This document shows, piece by piece, positions 1 to 8,661 of a stretch of 64,000 nt of DNA. The position numbers and the translations under genes are program-made. The stretch's first letter is position 1. Every line of letters starts with the position of its first letter. The notes under the pieces are model-generated. The model was given only the letters and a program-made list of their open reading frames with translations, did not search any database and had not been told where the DNA came from. Origin of the DNA: an uncultured Desulfarculaceae bacterium (GTDB lineage: Bacteria; Desulfobacterota; Desulfocorpusculales; Desulfocorpusculum); NCBI GenBank assembly GCA_964414345.1, contig CAYPWF010000010.1:7115-71114 (forward strand), given 5' to 3'.

Positions 1-1128
1 ATAGAGCCCCTGGTGGCTTGCCCCCACTCCATGGACAAGGTGAGGCCTGCATCAGAGCTGGGAGATGTGGATATCGCACAGGTCATAGTGGGCTCCTCCA
101 CCAACGGCTCTTACAGGGACATAATGATGGCCGCTCTCATCCTGGATGACAGGAGGGTGCACCCCATGGTGAGCCTGGATGTGAACCCGGGAAGCCGACA
201 GGTTCTGGAAAACGTGACCCTGATGGGGGGGCTCATCAAGCTGTTGCACGGCGGGGCCAGGGTGCACCAGCCCGGCTGCCTGGGCTGCATCGGCATGGGC
301 CAGGTGCCGCCCACAGGCACCAACTCCCTTCGCACCATGCCCAGGAATTTCCCGGGCAGAAGCGGGGCCAAGGATGACAAGGTTTATCTCTGCTCCCCTG
401 AGACCGCAGCAGCATCAGCGCTGTTCGGCCGCATCGTGGATCCAAGGCAGTTGGGAGAGTATCCAGAGGTGCCTTTCCCCGAGCGCTTCTCCTGGAGCGC
501 CCAGTGGTTCCTGCAGCCATCCCAGGACCCAGAGGCAGTGGAGATCATCCGGGGCCCCAATATCCAGCCCCTCCCCCAGTTCCCCCCTCTGGAGGAGGAC
601 ATAGAGGGGGAGATCCTTCTGGTCTTGGGAGACAACATCTCCACGGACCACATCATGCCTGCCGGGAACCGGGTGCTTCCCCTCAGGAGCAACATCCCGG
701 CCATAAGCAGGTTCGTCTTCGACATGGTGGACGAGACCTTCCCCCAGAGGGCCCAGGAGGCCAGGGGCGGGATAATAGTGGGGGGGGAGAACTATGGGCA
801 GGGCTCATCCAGGGAGCACGCCGCCTTGGCCCCAAGGTACCTAGGGGTAAGGGCCAAAGTGGTCAAGAGCTTTGCCCGGATCCACAAGGCCAACCTCATC
901 AACTACGGCATAGTGCCCTTGGAGTTTGCAAACCCCCAAGACCATGCGCTCCTGAGCAAGGGCCAGAGGATGAGGCTTCCCGGGATCCGAAGTGCAGTCC
1001 TGAAGGGAGCTGGGCGGGTAAAGGCCCTGGTGGGTGACAGGGAGATCATGCTCAAGCTGGAGCTCACCCCCAGGGAGCGGGAGGTCCTGGCAGCCGGGGG
1101 GGCCCTCAACTGGGCCAGGGGGAGGTAA
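1..1128 (+). CDS. Aconitase-family protein, C-terminal swivel domain (5' end lies upstream of window)
   Basis: ORF running from window start; motifs GENYGQGSSREHAALAP and LVLGDNISTDHIMPAG typical of the aconitase/IPM-isomerase C-terminal domain. Sits next to citrate synthase. Confidence 0.75.
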   Translation: MEPLVACPHSMDKVRPASELGDVDIAQVIVGSSTNGSYRDIMMAALILDDRRVHPMVSLDVNPGSRQVLENVTLMGGLIKLLHGGARVHQPGCLGCIGMGQVPPTGTNSLRTMPRNFPGRSGAKDDKVYLCSPETAAASALFGRIVDPRQLGEYPEVPFPERFSWSAQWFLQPSQDPEAVEIIRGPNIQPLPQFPPLEEDIEGEILLVLGDNISTDHIMPAGNRVLPLRSNIPAISRFVFDMVDETFPQRAQEARGGIIVGGENYGQGSSREHAALAPRYLGVRAKVVKSFARIHKANLINYGIVPLEFANPQDHALLSKGQRMRLPGIRSAVLKGAGRVKALVGDREIMLKLELTPREREVLAAGGALNWARGR

Positions 1129-1243
1129 GCCAAGCCCTGACAAGGCCCATTGGCCGCCGCCCTCCCGAGGAGGTCCAGAAAACTTGACACGAGGGACCCT
1201 CCATGCCAAGATTCCTGCGCCGGGAAATGCCTTTGTTATGGCC

Positions 1244-1441
1244 TAGCCCGCATTATTCACGATGAGTGGGTAATGCGGGGTATCTTAGTGAGATGTTAGG
1301 GCAAACAGGCCCGTACTCCAAGAACAGGCTGATTTTTGATTTCAGATTTGGAGCTGGTTTGAGCCGGGATATATTCAAGTGTACCGGGGGTTTGGGGGCG
1401 TAGCCCCCAAAGTAATAGGCTTTGGAGAATAATCCGAGCTA
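1244..1441 (+). repeat. Copy 1 of the ~196-bp structured intergenic element (complete); starts 116 nt after the aconitase stop, co-oriented
   Basis: TAGCCCGCATTATTCAC..GTGGGTAATGCGGGG 5' hairpin, internal TTGGGGGCgtaGCCCCCAA hairpin, 3' terminus GGAGAATAATCCGAGCTA. Aligns with copies at 11121, 12298, 22880, 44665, 61765 and others. Confidence 0.9.
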
Positions 1442-1485
1442 GGTCAAGGTGCCAGAGGACTCACAACCAAAAGGGGAGGTGCACC

Positions 1486-2436
1486 ATGAGAAAGGCGATG
1501 GGTTTTGTTGTTGCATTGGCTTTGGTTTTGGGAGTGGCCCTCGGGGCTCAGGCTGCGGATGTGAAGCTCATCCTGGCCACAGGTGGCACGGCCGGAACTT
1601 ACTATCCCTTTGGCGGGGCCATGGCCAAGATCTGGAACTCCAAGATCCCTGGCATGAATGTGACGGCCCAGACAAGTGGTGCTTCGGCTGAGAACATCCG
1701 GCTCATAAACAAGAAAGAGGTGGAGCTAGCCCTGGTGCAGAGCGACACCCTGGACTTCGCCTACGCAGGCAAGGAGGTCTTCAAGGAGAAGATCACCTCC
1801 ATGAGCGCCATAGCCGTCCTGTACCCGGAGATAATCCAGGTGGTGGTCAGGGGGGACAGCCCGATTAAGTCTTTTGCGGATCTCAAGGGGATGAAAATCG
1901 GGGTTGGGGCGCCGGGAAGCGGAACCGAGGCCAATTTCCGCCAGCTCCTGGACATCTACGGGATGAAGAAGGAGGACGTGAAGGCGCAGTACCTGTCCTT
2001 TGCCGAGAGTGCGGATCAGTTCAAGGACAAGCACATAGACGCTTTCATAGTCACGGCTGGAATTCCCAACTCGGCCATCATGGACATAAGCACCCAGCAC
2101 TCCATCCGGCTTTTGAACCTCCCGGCAGACATCATTGGCAAGCTCACCCAGAAATACCCCTTCCTCTCCCAGGCCAAGGTGCCTGCCAACACTTACAAGG
2201 GCCAAACAGAGGATGTAAACACCGTGGCGGTCAATGCCGTGCTCATAGTCAGCAACGCGCTCAAGGAGGACGTGGTCTACAATCTCACCAAGGCCCTCTT
2301 TGAGAACCAGGCCGAGTTGGCCTCGGCCCATGCCAAAGGTAAGGAGCTGAGCCTCCAGACAGCCGTCAAGGGTGTCTCCATCCCCTTCCATCCAGGGGCT
2401 GTCAAGTACTACAAGGAGAAGGGTCTCATGAAGTGA
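1486..2436 (+). CDS. TAXI-family TRAP transporter substrate-binding protein
   Basis: Signal peptide MRKAMGFVVALALVLGVALGAQA. Conserved TAXI N-terminus KLILATGGTAGTYYPFGGAMAKIWN. RBS GGGGAGG upstream. Confidence 0.85.
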   Translation: MRKAMGFVVALALVLGVALGAQAADVKLILATGGTAGTYYPFGGAMAKIWNSKIPGMNVTAQTSGASAENIRLINKKEVELALVQSDTLDFAYAGKEVFKEKITSMSAIAVLYPEIIQVVVRGDSPIKSFADLKGMKIGVGAPGSGTEANFRQLLDIYGMKKEDVKAQYLSFAESADQFKDKHIDAFIVTAGIPNSAIMDISTQHSIRLLNLPADIIGKLTQKYPFLSQAKVPANTYKGQTEDVNTVAVNAVLIVSNALKEDVVYNLTKALFENQAELASAHAKGKELSLQTAVKGVSIPFHPGAVKYYKEKGLMK

Positions 2437-3047
2437 GGAGCCTAGAGATGCCGGGGCTCCCCCAGGCTGCTCTAAGGGGCCCTGGCAACTTCCCCAGCAG
2501 GGGCCATTTTCGGGCTGCTGCCTGCGCGTTTTTGATGTCGGCTCTCTTGGGGTTGGCCTTTTTGGTTCCCGTGTTCAAAACCCTGGATGTGGCCGACCCT
2601 GCTGGCGGGAGGCCCTTTTTTCGAGCCCCCATGTGGGGTAAAGAGGAGTTTCAGATCTGCTTCATCCACTCGGTGAACCGAAGGCCCGTGTGCGACAGGC
2701 TTAGGGTGGAGGGGGAAGATCTGCTGATACTCGGTTCCCGCTTTGACTCCTTCGGGGCTGGAATGCCCGATGGCTCAAGTGACGAAGGGGTCCTTCGGCG
2801 CCTCCCGGATGGCTGGCTGGAATGGAGGGTTCAAAGGCCAGTGCCAGAGGTGATCCTGAGGGTCGGCCGCACGGCCGAACACCGGCTTGTGCTAAAAGGC
2901 AAGGAGATACTTCTAAGCCAACTGGCAGAGCCCGGGCAGGCCTTGAGTTTCAGGCCGGGCCGGGCCAGCTTGTGGGAGATCCTGTGGCGGGCAGGGGTAT
3001 GGAGTGAGTCAGGAGAAGGACACGGGGGACAAGGGGCAGCCCGTTGA
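2433..3047 (+). CDS. DUF1850-like protein commonly found between TAXI SBP and fused TRAP permease
   Basis: Position and size between TAXI SBP and permease; hydrophobic N-terminal segment; IHSVNRRPV motif region. True start is probably an internal Met. Confidence 0.5.
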   Translation: MRSLEMPGLPQAALRGPGNFPSRGHFRAAACAFLMSALLGLAFLVPVFKTLDVADPAGGRPFFRAPMWGKEEFQICFIHSVNRRPVCDRLRVEGEDLLILGSRFDSFGAGMPDGSSDEGVLRRLPDGWLEWRVQRPVPEVILRVGRTAEHRLVLKGKEILLSQLAEPGQALSFRPGRASLWEILWRAGVWSESGEGHGGQGAAR

Positions 3048-5001
3048 GGGCTTGGCCGGGCAGGAAGTCGAGACCATCTCCAAGGAGGAGTTGGAGAAGA
3101 TCCTCCAGAAGGTGGACCGGGAGGCTTCCACCCGCAAGCTTTGGGGCGTCCCGCGCTGGATAGTCTACGTCATAGGGGTGGGCTGGTCTGTCTTTCAGGT
3201 CTACACGGGCGCCTTCGGTCTTTTACCTGCCCAACTCCAGCGCTCCATCCACCTGGCCTTTGCCTTTGCACTGGCCTACCTTCTCTACCCAGCCAGGCGA
3301 TCCAAGGGCTCTGGCCGGCTCCAGTGGTATAACTGGCTCCTTGCGGCCTTTGCCGTGTATGTCGGCCTTTACATGGCCATCAACTACACCCGGATCATGG
3401 AGGCGGGGGGGGATTATTCGAGCACGGATTACATCTTTGCAGGGTTGGGGATCCTGTTCACACTGGAGGCTGCAAGAAGGGTGGTGGGCCTTCCCATCAC
3501 CATGATCGCCCTGTGTTTCCTCGTTTACGCTTACTTCGGGCCCTATTTCCCGAGCTTTCTGGCCCACAGGGGCTACTCCCTAGAGCGCATAGCCTCCCAC
3601 ATGTACCTCACCACAGAGGGGATCCTGGGCATTCCCCTAGGGGTGGCGGCCACCTTTATTTACGTGTTCGTGCTCTTCGGCTCCTTTAGGGAAAAGACAG
3701 GACTCGGGCAGCTCTTCATAGACATCTCCAACGCGGTTGCCGGGTGGGCCTCGGGGGGGCCGGCCAAGATGGCCGTGGTCACAAGCGCCCTGGAGGGGAC
3801 CGTGTCCGGAAGCTCGGTGGCAAATACCGTGGAATCCGGGAGCCTCACCATCCCCATGATGAAGAAACTGGGTTACAGGCCAGAGTTTGCCGCGGCAGTG
3901 GAGGCCTCCTCTTCCACTGGCGGCCAGATAATGCCCCCCATCATGGGGGCTGCGGCCTTTATAATGGCCGAGTTTCTCAACATGCCTTACCTGGACATAG
4001 CCAAGGCTGCGGCCATCCCGGCCTGTCTTTATTTTTTCGGGGTCTTCATGGAGGTGCACTTCGAGGCCAAAAGATGCAATCTCAAGGGCTTGAGCAGGGA
4101 TGAACTGCCCAGGTTCGGCCAGGTCATGAGGGAGAGGGGCCACCTCTTCTTCCCCCTGATAGCCATCATCACCTTTCTTTCAGCGGGCTTTACCCCGCTT
4201 TACGCCGCCTTGATGGGGCTTGCGGTCTGCGTGCTGGCAGGAGCCCTGAGAAAATCCACTCGCATGAGCCTCAGGGAGATAGCAGACGCCTTCGAGCTGG
4301 GGGCCAGAAACGCGGTGGGAGTCGCCCTGGCCTGCGCCTCGGCGGGGATCATCATAGGGGTTGTGACCCTCACAGGGCTGGGGCTCAAGCTGGCCAACGG
4401 GCTGGTGGAGCTGGCAGGAGGGAACCTTCTTTTCACACTCTTCTTCACCATGATCACTTCCCTGATCCTGGGCATGGGTGCCCCCACCACGGCCAACTAC
4501 ATCATCACCTCAACCATTGCGGCCCCTGCTGTGATACTGCTGGGTGTGCACCCCTTGGCAGCTCATATGTTCGTTTTCTACTTTGGGATCGTTGCGGACA
4601 TAACCCCGCCCGTGGCCCTGGCAGCCTACGCCGGCTCCGGGATCGCCAAGTCAGATCCCATGAAGACCGGCATCACATCCACGAAGCTGGCCATAGGGGC
4701 TTTCCTGGTCCCCTACATCTTTGTGTACAACCCATCCATGCTGATGGTGGGCACAACGGCACTGGGTCTCATCCAAACCCTGATCACATCATGTTGCGGG
4801 ATGACGGCCATAGGGGCCTCCATGATCGGTTTCTTCTTGGCCCCTATGAGCTGGTGGGAAAGGCTCCTGTTCTTCGGGGGAGGCCTCATGCTCATAGACC
4901 CTGGAACAGCGACGGATGCTGCAGGGTTGGGTCTGCTTGGCCTTGGGGCCCTGTACCAGTGGTCCAAGAAGAGAAAGCACAGGGCTCAGCCCATCTGCTG
5001 A
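3004..5001 (+). CDS. TRAP transporter fused permease (DctQ-DctM fusion, TAXI type)
   Basis: 665-aa polytopic membrane protein immediately downstream of the TAXI SBP; typical DctM-like C-terminal half. Confidence 0.85.
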   Translation: MSQEKDTGDKGQPVEGLAGQEVETISKEELEKILQKVDREASTRKLWGVPRWIVYVIGVGWSVFQVYTGAFGLLPAQLQRSIHLAFAFALAYLLYPARRSKGSGRLQWYNWLLAAFAVYVGLYMAINYTRIMEAGGDYSSTDYIFAGLGILFTLEAARRVVGLPITMIALCFLVYAYFGPYFPSFLAHRGYSLERIASHMYLTTEGILGIPLGVAATFIYVFVLFGSFREKTGLGQLFIDISNAVAGWASGGPAKMAVVTSALEGTVSGSSVANTVESGSLTIPMMKKLGYRPEFAAAVEASSSTGGQIMPPIMGAAAFIMAEFLNMPYLDIAKAAAIPACLYFFGVFMEVHFEAKRCNLKGLSRDELPRFGQVMRERGHLFFPLIAIITFLSAGFTPLYAALMGLAVCVLAGALRKSTRMSLREIADAFELGARNAVGVALACASAGIIIGVVTLTGLGLKLANGLVELAGGNLLFTLFFTMITSLILGMGAPTTANYIITSTIAAPAVILLGVHPLAAHMFVFYFGIVADITPPVALAAYAGSGIAKSDPMKTGITSTKLAIGAFLVPYIFVYNPSMLMVGTTALGLIQTLITSCCGMTAIGASMIGFFLAPMSWWERLLFFGGGLMLIDPGTATDAAGLGLLGLGALYQWSKKRKHRAQPIC

Positions 5002-5052
5002 GCCGCCCTTCTTTCCCAGAGTCCCTGGGTTGCCCCTCCCGGCTTTACGGGC

Positions 5053-6270
5053 TTAACCCCTTTCCTTGAGGGGCTTCCACTCGCACTTGTCAGGGCCGCA
5101 GTAAGAGCCTATGTAATCCGCCTGGGGCCTGTAAAGCTGGGGTTTGCCCTGGGCCTCTCCCAGGCGCTCCTCTATGATGTGAGCCACCCAACCAGAGGTG
5201 CGCGCCACTGCAAAGATGGGTGTGAAGAGGTCCTTGGGGATGCCCATGGCGTTGTATGTGGGGGCGCTGTAGAAGTCCACATTGGTTGGAATTGAGCGGC
5301 CCTTGAGCCTCTGAAATGTCTCTTTGGCCACCCTCTCTATCTCCACCGCCAGCTCGTACCAGTGGGTTTGACCGGTTCTCTTGCCTATGGCTTCGGCCAT
5401 GGGTTTCAGTACCTTCACCCTGGGGTCGTCCACCTCGTAAACCGCGTGGCCCAGCCCCATGATGCGCTTGCCCTCCTGGAGCCTTCTGCTCACCCATTCC
5501 TGAGCCCGCTCCTTGGAGCCCACCTCTTCCAGCATCATCATCACCCTTGTGTTGGCCCCCCCGTGAAGCTCCCCTGCCAGAGAGGCCACGGCAGCAGCCA
5601 CTGCTCCGTAAGTATGTGACCTGGTGGATGCCACAGCCCTGGCCGTGAAAGTGGAGGCGTTGAAAGAGTGCTCTGCGTGAAGGATCAGGCAAACATCCAG
5701 ATCGCGCTCTGTGTGGGTGTCTGCCCTGACCCCCTTGAGCATGCGAAGGAAATCAGCCGCATGTGGCAGGGATGGGTCTGGAGGGATCACGGCCAGGCCC
5801 TTCCTGATCCTCTCCCAGGCGGCCACAATGGTGGGGAAGGCCCCTATGATCCTAAGGCCCCTGTCCACCTCTGCTGGGCGGCTCTCGTCTCGGATGTTGG
5901 GGTCGTGGTCCGCCAGGAAGGCGGCTGCCCCCTGGAGCACGTCCATGGGGGAAGCTGAGCTGGGCCTCAAGCGCATGGACTTTATGATCTCCCCGGGGAT
6001 TTGCCTAAAGTAGGCCAGTCTGGAAGAGAACTCCTTGAGCTCCTCGGCAGAAGGGAGCCTGGCTTCCAGGAGAAGAAAAACCGTCTCCTCGTAAGTGGCA
6101 TTGGCCGCAAGATCCAGCACGTCATATCCCCTGTAAATGAGGACCCCTTTCTTGGGGTCTATCCCGCAGATGAGGGTGTCGGCCACCGGGATATCCCTGA
6201 GGCCTATGTTCTTGATGTCCGTGATGCACTCCATGGGCGTTCCTCCTCCTGGGTTGCCGAAGCTATTCAT
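5053..6270 (-). CDS. gltA: Citrate synthase (Si-type; a 2-methylcitrate synthase cannot be excluded)
   Basis: MGLGHAVYEVDDPRVK (GxGHxVYxxxDPR) and HAEHSFNASTFTARAV...LAGELHGGAN citrate-synthase signatures. Confidence 0.85.
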   Translation of the reverse strand: MNSFGNPGGGTPMECITDIKNIGLRDIPVADTLICGIDPKKGVLIYRGYDVLDLAANATYEETVFLLLEARLPSAEELKEFSSRLAYFRQIPGEIIKSMRLRPSSASPMDVLQGAAAFLADHDPNIRDESRPAEVDRGLRIIGAFPTIVAAWERIRKGLAVIPPDPSLPHAADFLRMLKGVRADTHTERDLDVCLILHAEHSFNASTFTARAVASTRSHTYGAVAAAVASLAGELHGGANTRVMMMLEEVGSKERAQEWVSRRLQEGKRIMGLGHAVYEVDDPRVKVLKPMAEAIGKRTGQTHWYELAVEIERVAKETFQRLKGRSIPTNVDFYSAPTYNAMGIPKDLFTPIFAVARTSGWVAHIIEERLGEAQGKPQLYRPQADYIGSYCGPDKCEWKPLKERG

Positions 6271-6335
6271 CTTGGCCTTTTCTTTTCCCTTACAACATCC
6301 AGGTGCCTTTTGTCAAAGGGCCCTGGAGGGGGTTC

Positions 6336-6556
6336 AGCCAATTATTCACCCCAGAGCATGGCCGGAATTATTCGTGAAGGCCCGGGAGATCGGGGCTACA
6401 CCCCCACGAGCCCCAGGTACGCTTGGAGATATTCCGGCTCAAAGAAAGGCCAAATCTGAAAAAGAAAATCAGAGGGTCTTGGGGCATGGATAGGTTTTTC
6501 CCAATATATCCTCAAGGCAGCAGGCAGGATCCACTCATCGTGAATAATGTGCGCCA
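6336..6556 (-). repeat. Degenerate copy of the structured element, lying in the upstream/5' region of citrate synthase
   Basis: GGTACGCTTGGAGATATTCCGGCTCAAAGAAAGGCCAAATCTGAAAAAGAAAATCAGAGGG aligns with the reverse-orientation consensus. Arm-like motifs AGCCAATTATTCAC, GCCGGAATTATTCGTGAA and TCGTGAATAATGTGCGCC are present. Confidence 0.6.
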
Positions 6557-6694
6557 TAAAGCCCAAAAGAATCGGGGTATCCCCACTGACAAGGTTTGTG
6601 GGTTCCGGACCGGTTGTCGTTCCATTCCACCCTTGCTACAATTCCCCAAAAAAGTGGGTTGTTTTTAAAAGGCAATCCGGGAAAGGAGGGGATC

Positions 6695-7105
6695 ATGAGA
6701 CAGAAATGGCTGACAGGATTTCTAATGGCGTGTTTGCTTTTTTTCTGCGCAGCTCTCCAAGCGGATGCCCTCTCTCCCCCCAAGAAGATCTGCGCGGTGG
6801 ATAAGGCCTCTAGTGATTTGCTTTTCGCTGTTTCATGCAAGCCCAACGGTAAACTTCAATTTAGCTCGTCTTCTGCGACCATTTACCTGTTGACAGGCTT
6901 TTTGAGCGGAGGAATCGCTCCGGTGGTTGGAAGCGGATATGTCTTATCCTCCAATTATTTTTATTTCCTCCTGACAGGGGGGCACGTATTGGAGGTACTA
7001 CTAAATCTGGAGACCGGCCAGGGCCATTATACATTGTATCAATTTGGCGGTTGGGTGCCGTCAAGTGGAGATTTAGAGATCAAGAATTGCCTGGAGTTGC
7101 CGTGA
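6695..7105 (+). CDS. Small secreted hypothetical protein (signal peptide), visibly lower GC than surroundings
   Basis: ATG preceded by GGAAAGGAGGGG. N-terminus MRQKWLTGFLMACLLFFCAALQA is a signal peptide. No recognisable domain. Confidence 0.5.
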   Translation: MRQKWLTGFLMACLLFFCAALQADALSPPKKICAVDKASSDLLFAVSCKPNGKLQFSSSSATIYLLTGFLSGGIAPVVGSGYVLSSNYFYFLLTGGHVLEVLLNLETGQGHYTLYQFGGWVPSSGDLEIKNCLELP

Positions 7106-7265
7106 AAGAGGCATGCCCAGCCGGAGAGATCTCCTTTGAGGGGAAGGGTGGCTCAGGGCCCTCCCCCTCCCTACCCTTGGCCGGGGCCTGCTGTGGGGGC
7201 CTGGCTCTGTCCCCAGCGGTTATAATGTGTTATAAGAGGGCTTGATTGATGTGGAGGGTTGATCC

Positions 7266-7526
7266 ATGGAGCAGAAGGCGCAGGCCGTATCGCGGCGTCC
7301 CAAGGCCAAACGCATCCGGGAGCTTCGGGTGTACCGCAGCTGGTGCAAGCGCTGCGGGATCTGCGTGGGGTTCTGCCCCAAAGAGGCTCTGGAGAGGGAT
7401 GAGGCCGGGTATCCCCGATGGAGGGACGAGAAGGCCTGCGTGCTTTGCAGGCTTTGCGAGCTTAGGTGCCCTGATTTTGCCATAGAGGTGGTTGGGGAAG
7501 GAGGCAAGGATGAGCCTGAGCAGTGA
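7266..7526 (+). CDS. 2-oxoacid:ferredoxin oxidoreductase delta subunit (4Fe-4S ferredoxin)
   Basis: Two CxxCxxCxxxCP clusters (CKRCGICVGFCP, CVLCRLCELRCP); first gene of a four-gene oxidoreductase operon. Confidence 0.8.
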   Translation: MEQKAQAVSRRPKAKRIRELRVYRSWCKRCGICVGFCPKEALERDEAGYPRWRDEKACVLCRLCELRCPDFAIEVVGEGGKDEPEQ

Positions 7527-8661
7527 AGCGGCCAGGCCCAGGCTGATCCAGGGCAATGAGGCTTGCGCCGAGGGGGCTGTGGCTGCAGGTTGCAGGTTCT
7601 ATGCCGGCTACCCCATCACCCCTTCTTCAGAGATCGCAGAGGTGCTCTCCTATAGGCTCCCGGCCGTGGGGGGCACCTTCATCCAGATGGAGGACGAGAT
7701 CGCCAGCCTGGGGGCGGTGATCGGAGCCTCCTTGGCCGGGGTGAAGGCCATGACCGCCACAAGCGGGCCTGGCTTTTCTCTCATGCAGGAGCACATAGGC
7801 TTCGCCTGCATGGCTGAGGTGCCCTGCGTGATCGTCAACGTGATGAGAGGGGGGCCCAGCACAGGTCTTCCCACCCATCCCTCCCAAGGGGACGTGCAGC
7901 AGGCTCGCTGGGGCACCCATGGGGATCATCCCATCGTGGCCCTCACCCCATGGAGCGTTAAGGAATGCTTCCAGCTCACGGTGAGGGCCTTTAACCTCTC
8001 GGAGAAATACCGGACCCCGGTGATCCTGCTTATGGATGAGGTTGTGGGGCACATGAGGGAGAACCTGGTGCTCCCGGAAGCTGGATCTTTGGAGGTGCTG
8101 GACCGGGTGAAACCCAACGTGCCGCCCGAGTGGTACATACCTTATGAGGACACCCCCTTCGGTGTTCCGCCCATGGCGCCTTTCGGGGAGGGATACAGGT
8201 ACCATGTGACGGGTCTTACCCATGACGTGAGGGGATTCCCAACTCTCAGGGAGGACGAGATAGAACCTTTCATGGATCGTCTGTATCGAAAGATATGGAC
8301 CCACTTGGAGGACATCCAGAGCTGGGAGGCCTATGAGGTGGAGGACGCTAAGGCCTGTATAGTGGCCTACGGCTCTGTGGCCAGGGCGGCCAAGAGGGCG
8401 GTTGTGGAGGCCAGGGCTCAAGGCAAGAAGGTGGGTCTCCTCAGGCTCATAACCATCTGGCCCTTCTGCAGAAGGGCCGTGGAGTCGGTGTTGGAGCGGT
8501 GCCGAGTGCTCATCGTGCCGGAGATGAACCTGGGCCAGATCTCCAGGGAAGTCAAGAGGGTGGTGCAGGGCCGGGCCAGGGTGCTCACCGTTAGCAAGGC
8601 CCTGGGGAGGCTCCTTACCCCTCGGGAGATCCTGGAGCCCTTGGGGGAGGTGTGCCCGTGA
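7510..8661 (+). CDS. 2-oxoacid:ferredoxin oxidoreductase alpha subunit (likely 2-oxoglutarate specific, KorA-like)
   Basis: Pyruvate/2-oxoacid ferredoxin oxidoreductase core-domain motifs (GNEACAEGAVAAGCRFYAGYPITPSSEI). Substrate inferred only from adjacency to TCA genes. Confidence 0.8.
   Translation: MSLSSEAARPRLIQGNEACAEGAVAAGCRFYAGYPITPSSEIAEVLSYRLPAVGGTFIQMEDEIASLGAVIGASLAGVKAMTATSGPGFSLMQEHIGFACMAEVPCVIVNVMRGGPSTGLPTHPSQGDVQQARWGTHGDHPIVALTPWSVKECFQLTVRAFNLSEKYRTPVILLMDEVVGHMRENLVLPEAGSLEVLDRVKPNVPPEWYIPYEDTPFGVPPMAPFGEGYRYHVTGLTHDVRGFPTLREDEIEPFMDRLYRKIWTHLEDIQSWEAYEVEDAKACIVAYGSVARAAKRAVVEARAQGKKVGLLRLITIWPFCRRAVESVLERCRVLIVPEMNLGQISREVKRVVQGRARVLTVSKALGRLLTPREILEPLGEVCP

Noticed and set aside
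2433-3047. Treating the 204-aa ORF upstream of the TRAP permease as spurious
   Set aside because: Kept as a low-confidence DUF1850-like gene because this small protein is a regular component of TAXI-TRAP operons.
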